64,000 bases of DNA from Squalus acanthias (Eukaryota). The stretch is taken from assembly GCA_030390025.1 (NCBI GenBank), contig CM059432.1, positions 65,970,001 to 66,034,000 of the forward strand. The letters are read 5' to 3'. Positions 63,401 through 64,000 of the stretch are shown here, in pieces (within the stretch, counting starts at the first letter, position 1; each line of letters starts with the position of its first letter). Made by a program: the position numbers and the translations under genes. The notes under the pieces were generated by a model. The model was given only the letters and a program-made list of their open reading frames with translations, was not told the origin of the DNA and made no database searches.

Positions 63401-64000
63401 CTGTCTTTACCAAGGAAAAAGAAGCTACCATAGACAGAGTGAAGGAGGAAGTAGAGCAGATACAGGATGGGATAAAAATTGATAAAGAGGAGGTATTAGA
63501 AAGGCTGGCTGTACTTAAAGTAGATAAGTCACCAGGACCAGATGGGATGCATCCTAGGACGCTGAGGGAAATGAAGGAAGAAATTGTGGAGGTACTGGCC
63601 ATAATCTTCCAATCCTCCCTAGAAATGGGGGTGGTGTCAGAGGACTGGAGAATTGCAAATGTTACACCCTTGTTCAAAAATGGGTGTAAAGATAAACCCA
63701 GCAACTACAGGCCAGTCAGTTTAACCTCGGTAGTGGGGAAGCTTTTCGAAAAAATAATCAAGGACAAAATTAACAGTCACTTGGACAAGTGTGGATTAAT
63801 TAAGGCAAGCCAGCACGGATTTGTTAAAGGCAAATTGTGTTTAACTAACTTGATTGAGTTTTTTGATGAGGTAACAGAGAGGGTTGATGAGGGCAATGTG
63901 GTTGACGTGGTGTACATAAACTTCCAAAAGGCATTTGACAATGTGCCACATAATAGGCTTGCCAGCAAAGTTGAAGCCCATGGAATAAAAGGGACAGTGG
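60404..64000 (+). mobile_element. Near full-length CR1 LINE 5' part: 5' UTR, SGNH-esterase ORF1 (~61300-62087), ORF2 endonuclease/RT running off the window; decayed
   Basis: GDSIVR, LPGA, VHIGTND and DGLHLN (ORF1). NARSI, ETW, GGGVAL, MGDFN, LDLVL and SDH (APE endonuclease). A Harbinger-type MITE fragment lies at ~60787-61300. Confidence 0.88.

Noticed and set aside
249..63968. Remaining short ORFs in the six-frame track
   Set aside because: Antisense or off-frame readings of TEs and exons, or chance ORFs without recognisable motifs.
59397..64000. Single CR1 with a twin-priming 5' inversion
   Set aside because: The minus piece resembles the 19783-22187 subfamily and the plus piece resembles 22673-24395, so two independent insertions are more likely.

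Overview
Eukaryotic DNA, most likely from a shark or other cartilaginous fish (inferred from an HE1-like V-SINE, Deu-domain SINEs and the CR1/L2/Penelope mix). The only host gene is the 3' part of a MYT1-family C2HC zinc-finger transcription factor, best matching ST18 (Myt3), on the minus strand. It has 13 coding exons from 58628 to the stop at 10338, all with canonical GT-AG ends and consistent phases except one: exon 51202-51439 is 238 nt and carries a +1 frameshift and premature stop. The introns and downstream flank are packed with transposons: three related PIF/Harbinger elements with an intron-containing Myb/SANT + AT-hook gene (one keeps a decayed DDE transposase), many Harbinger-type MITEs with 3-bp TSDs, CR1, L2 and RTE-X-like LINEs, tRNA-derived SINEs, and a young Penelope-like element whose near-perfect inverted repeats each carry a minimal hammerhead-ribozyme motif. 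There is also a ~200-nt hairpin in the putative 3' UTR and a 20-bp minisatellite. I found no prokaryotic system or CRISPR array. Family names come from motif recognition and memory, not database searches, and TE boundaries are approximate unless a TSD is given.
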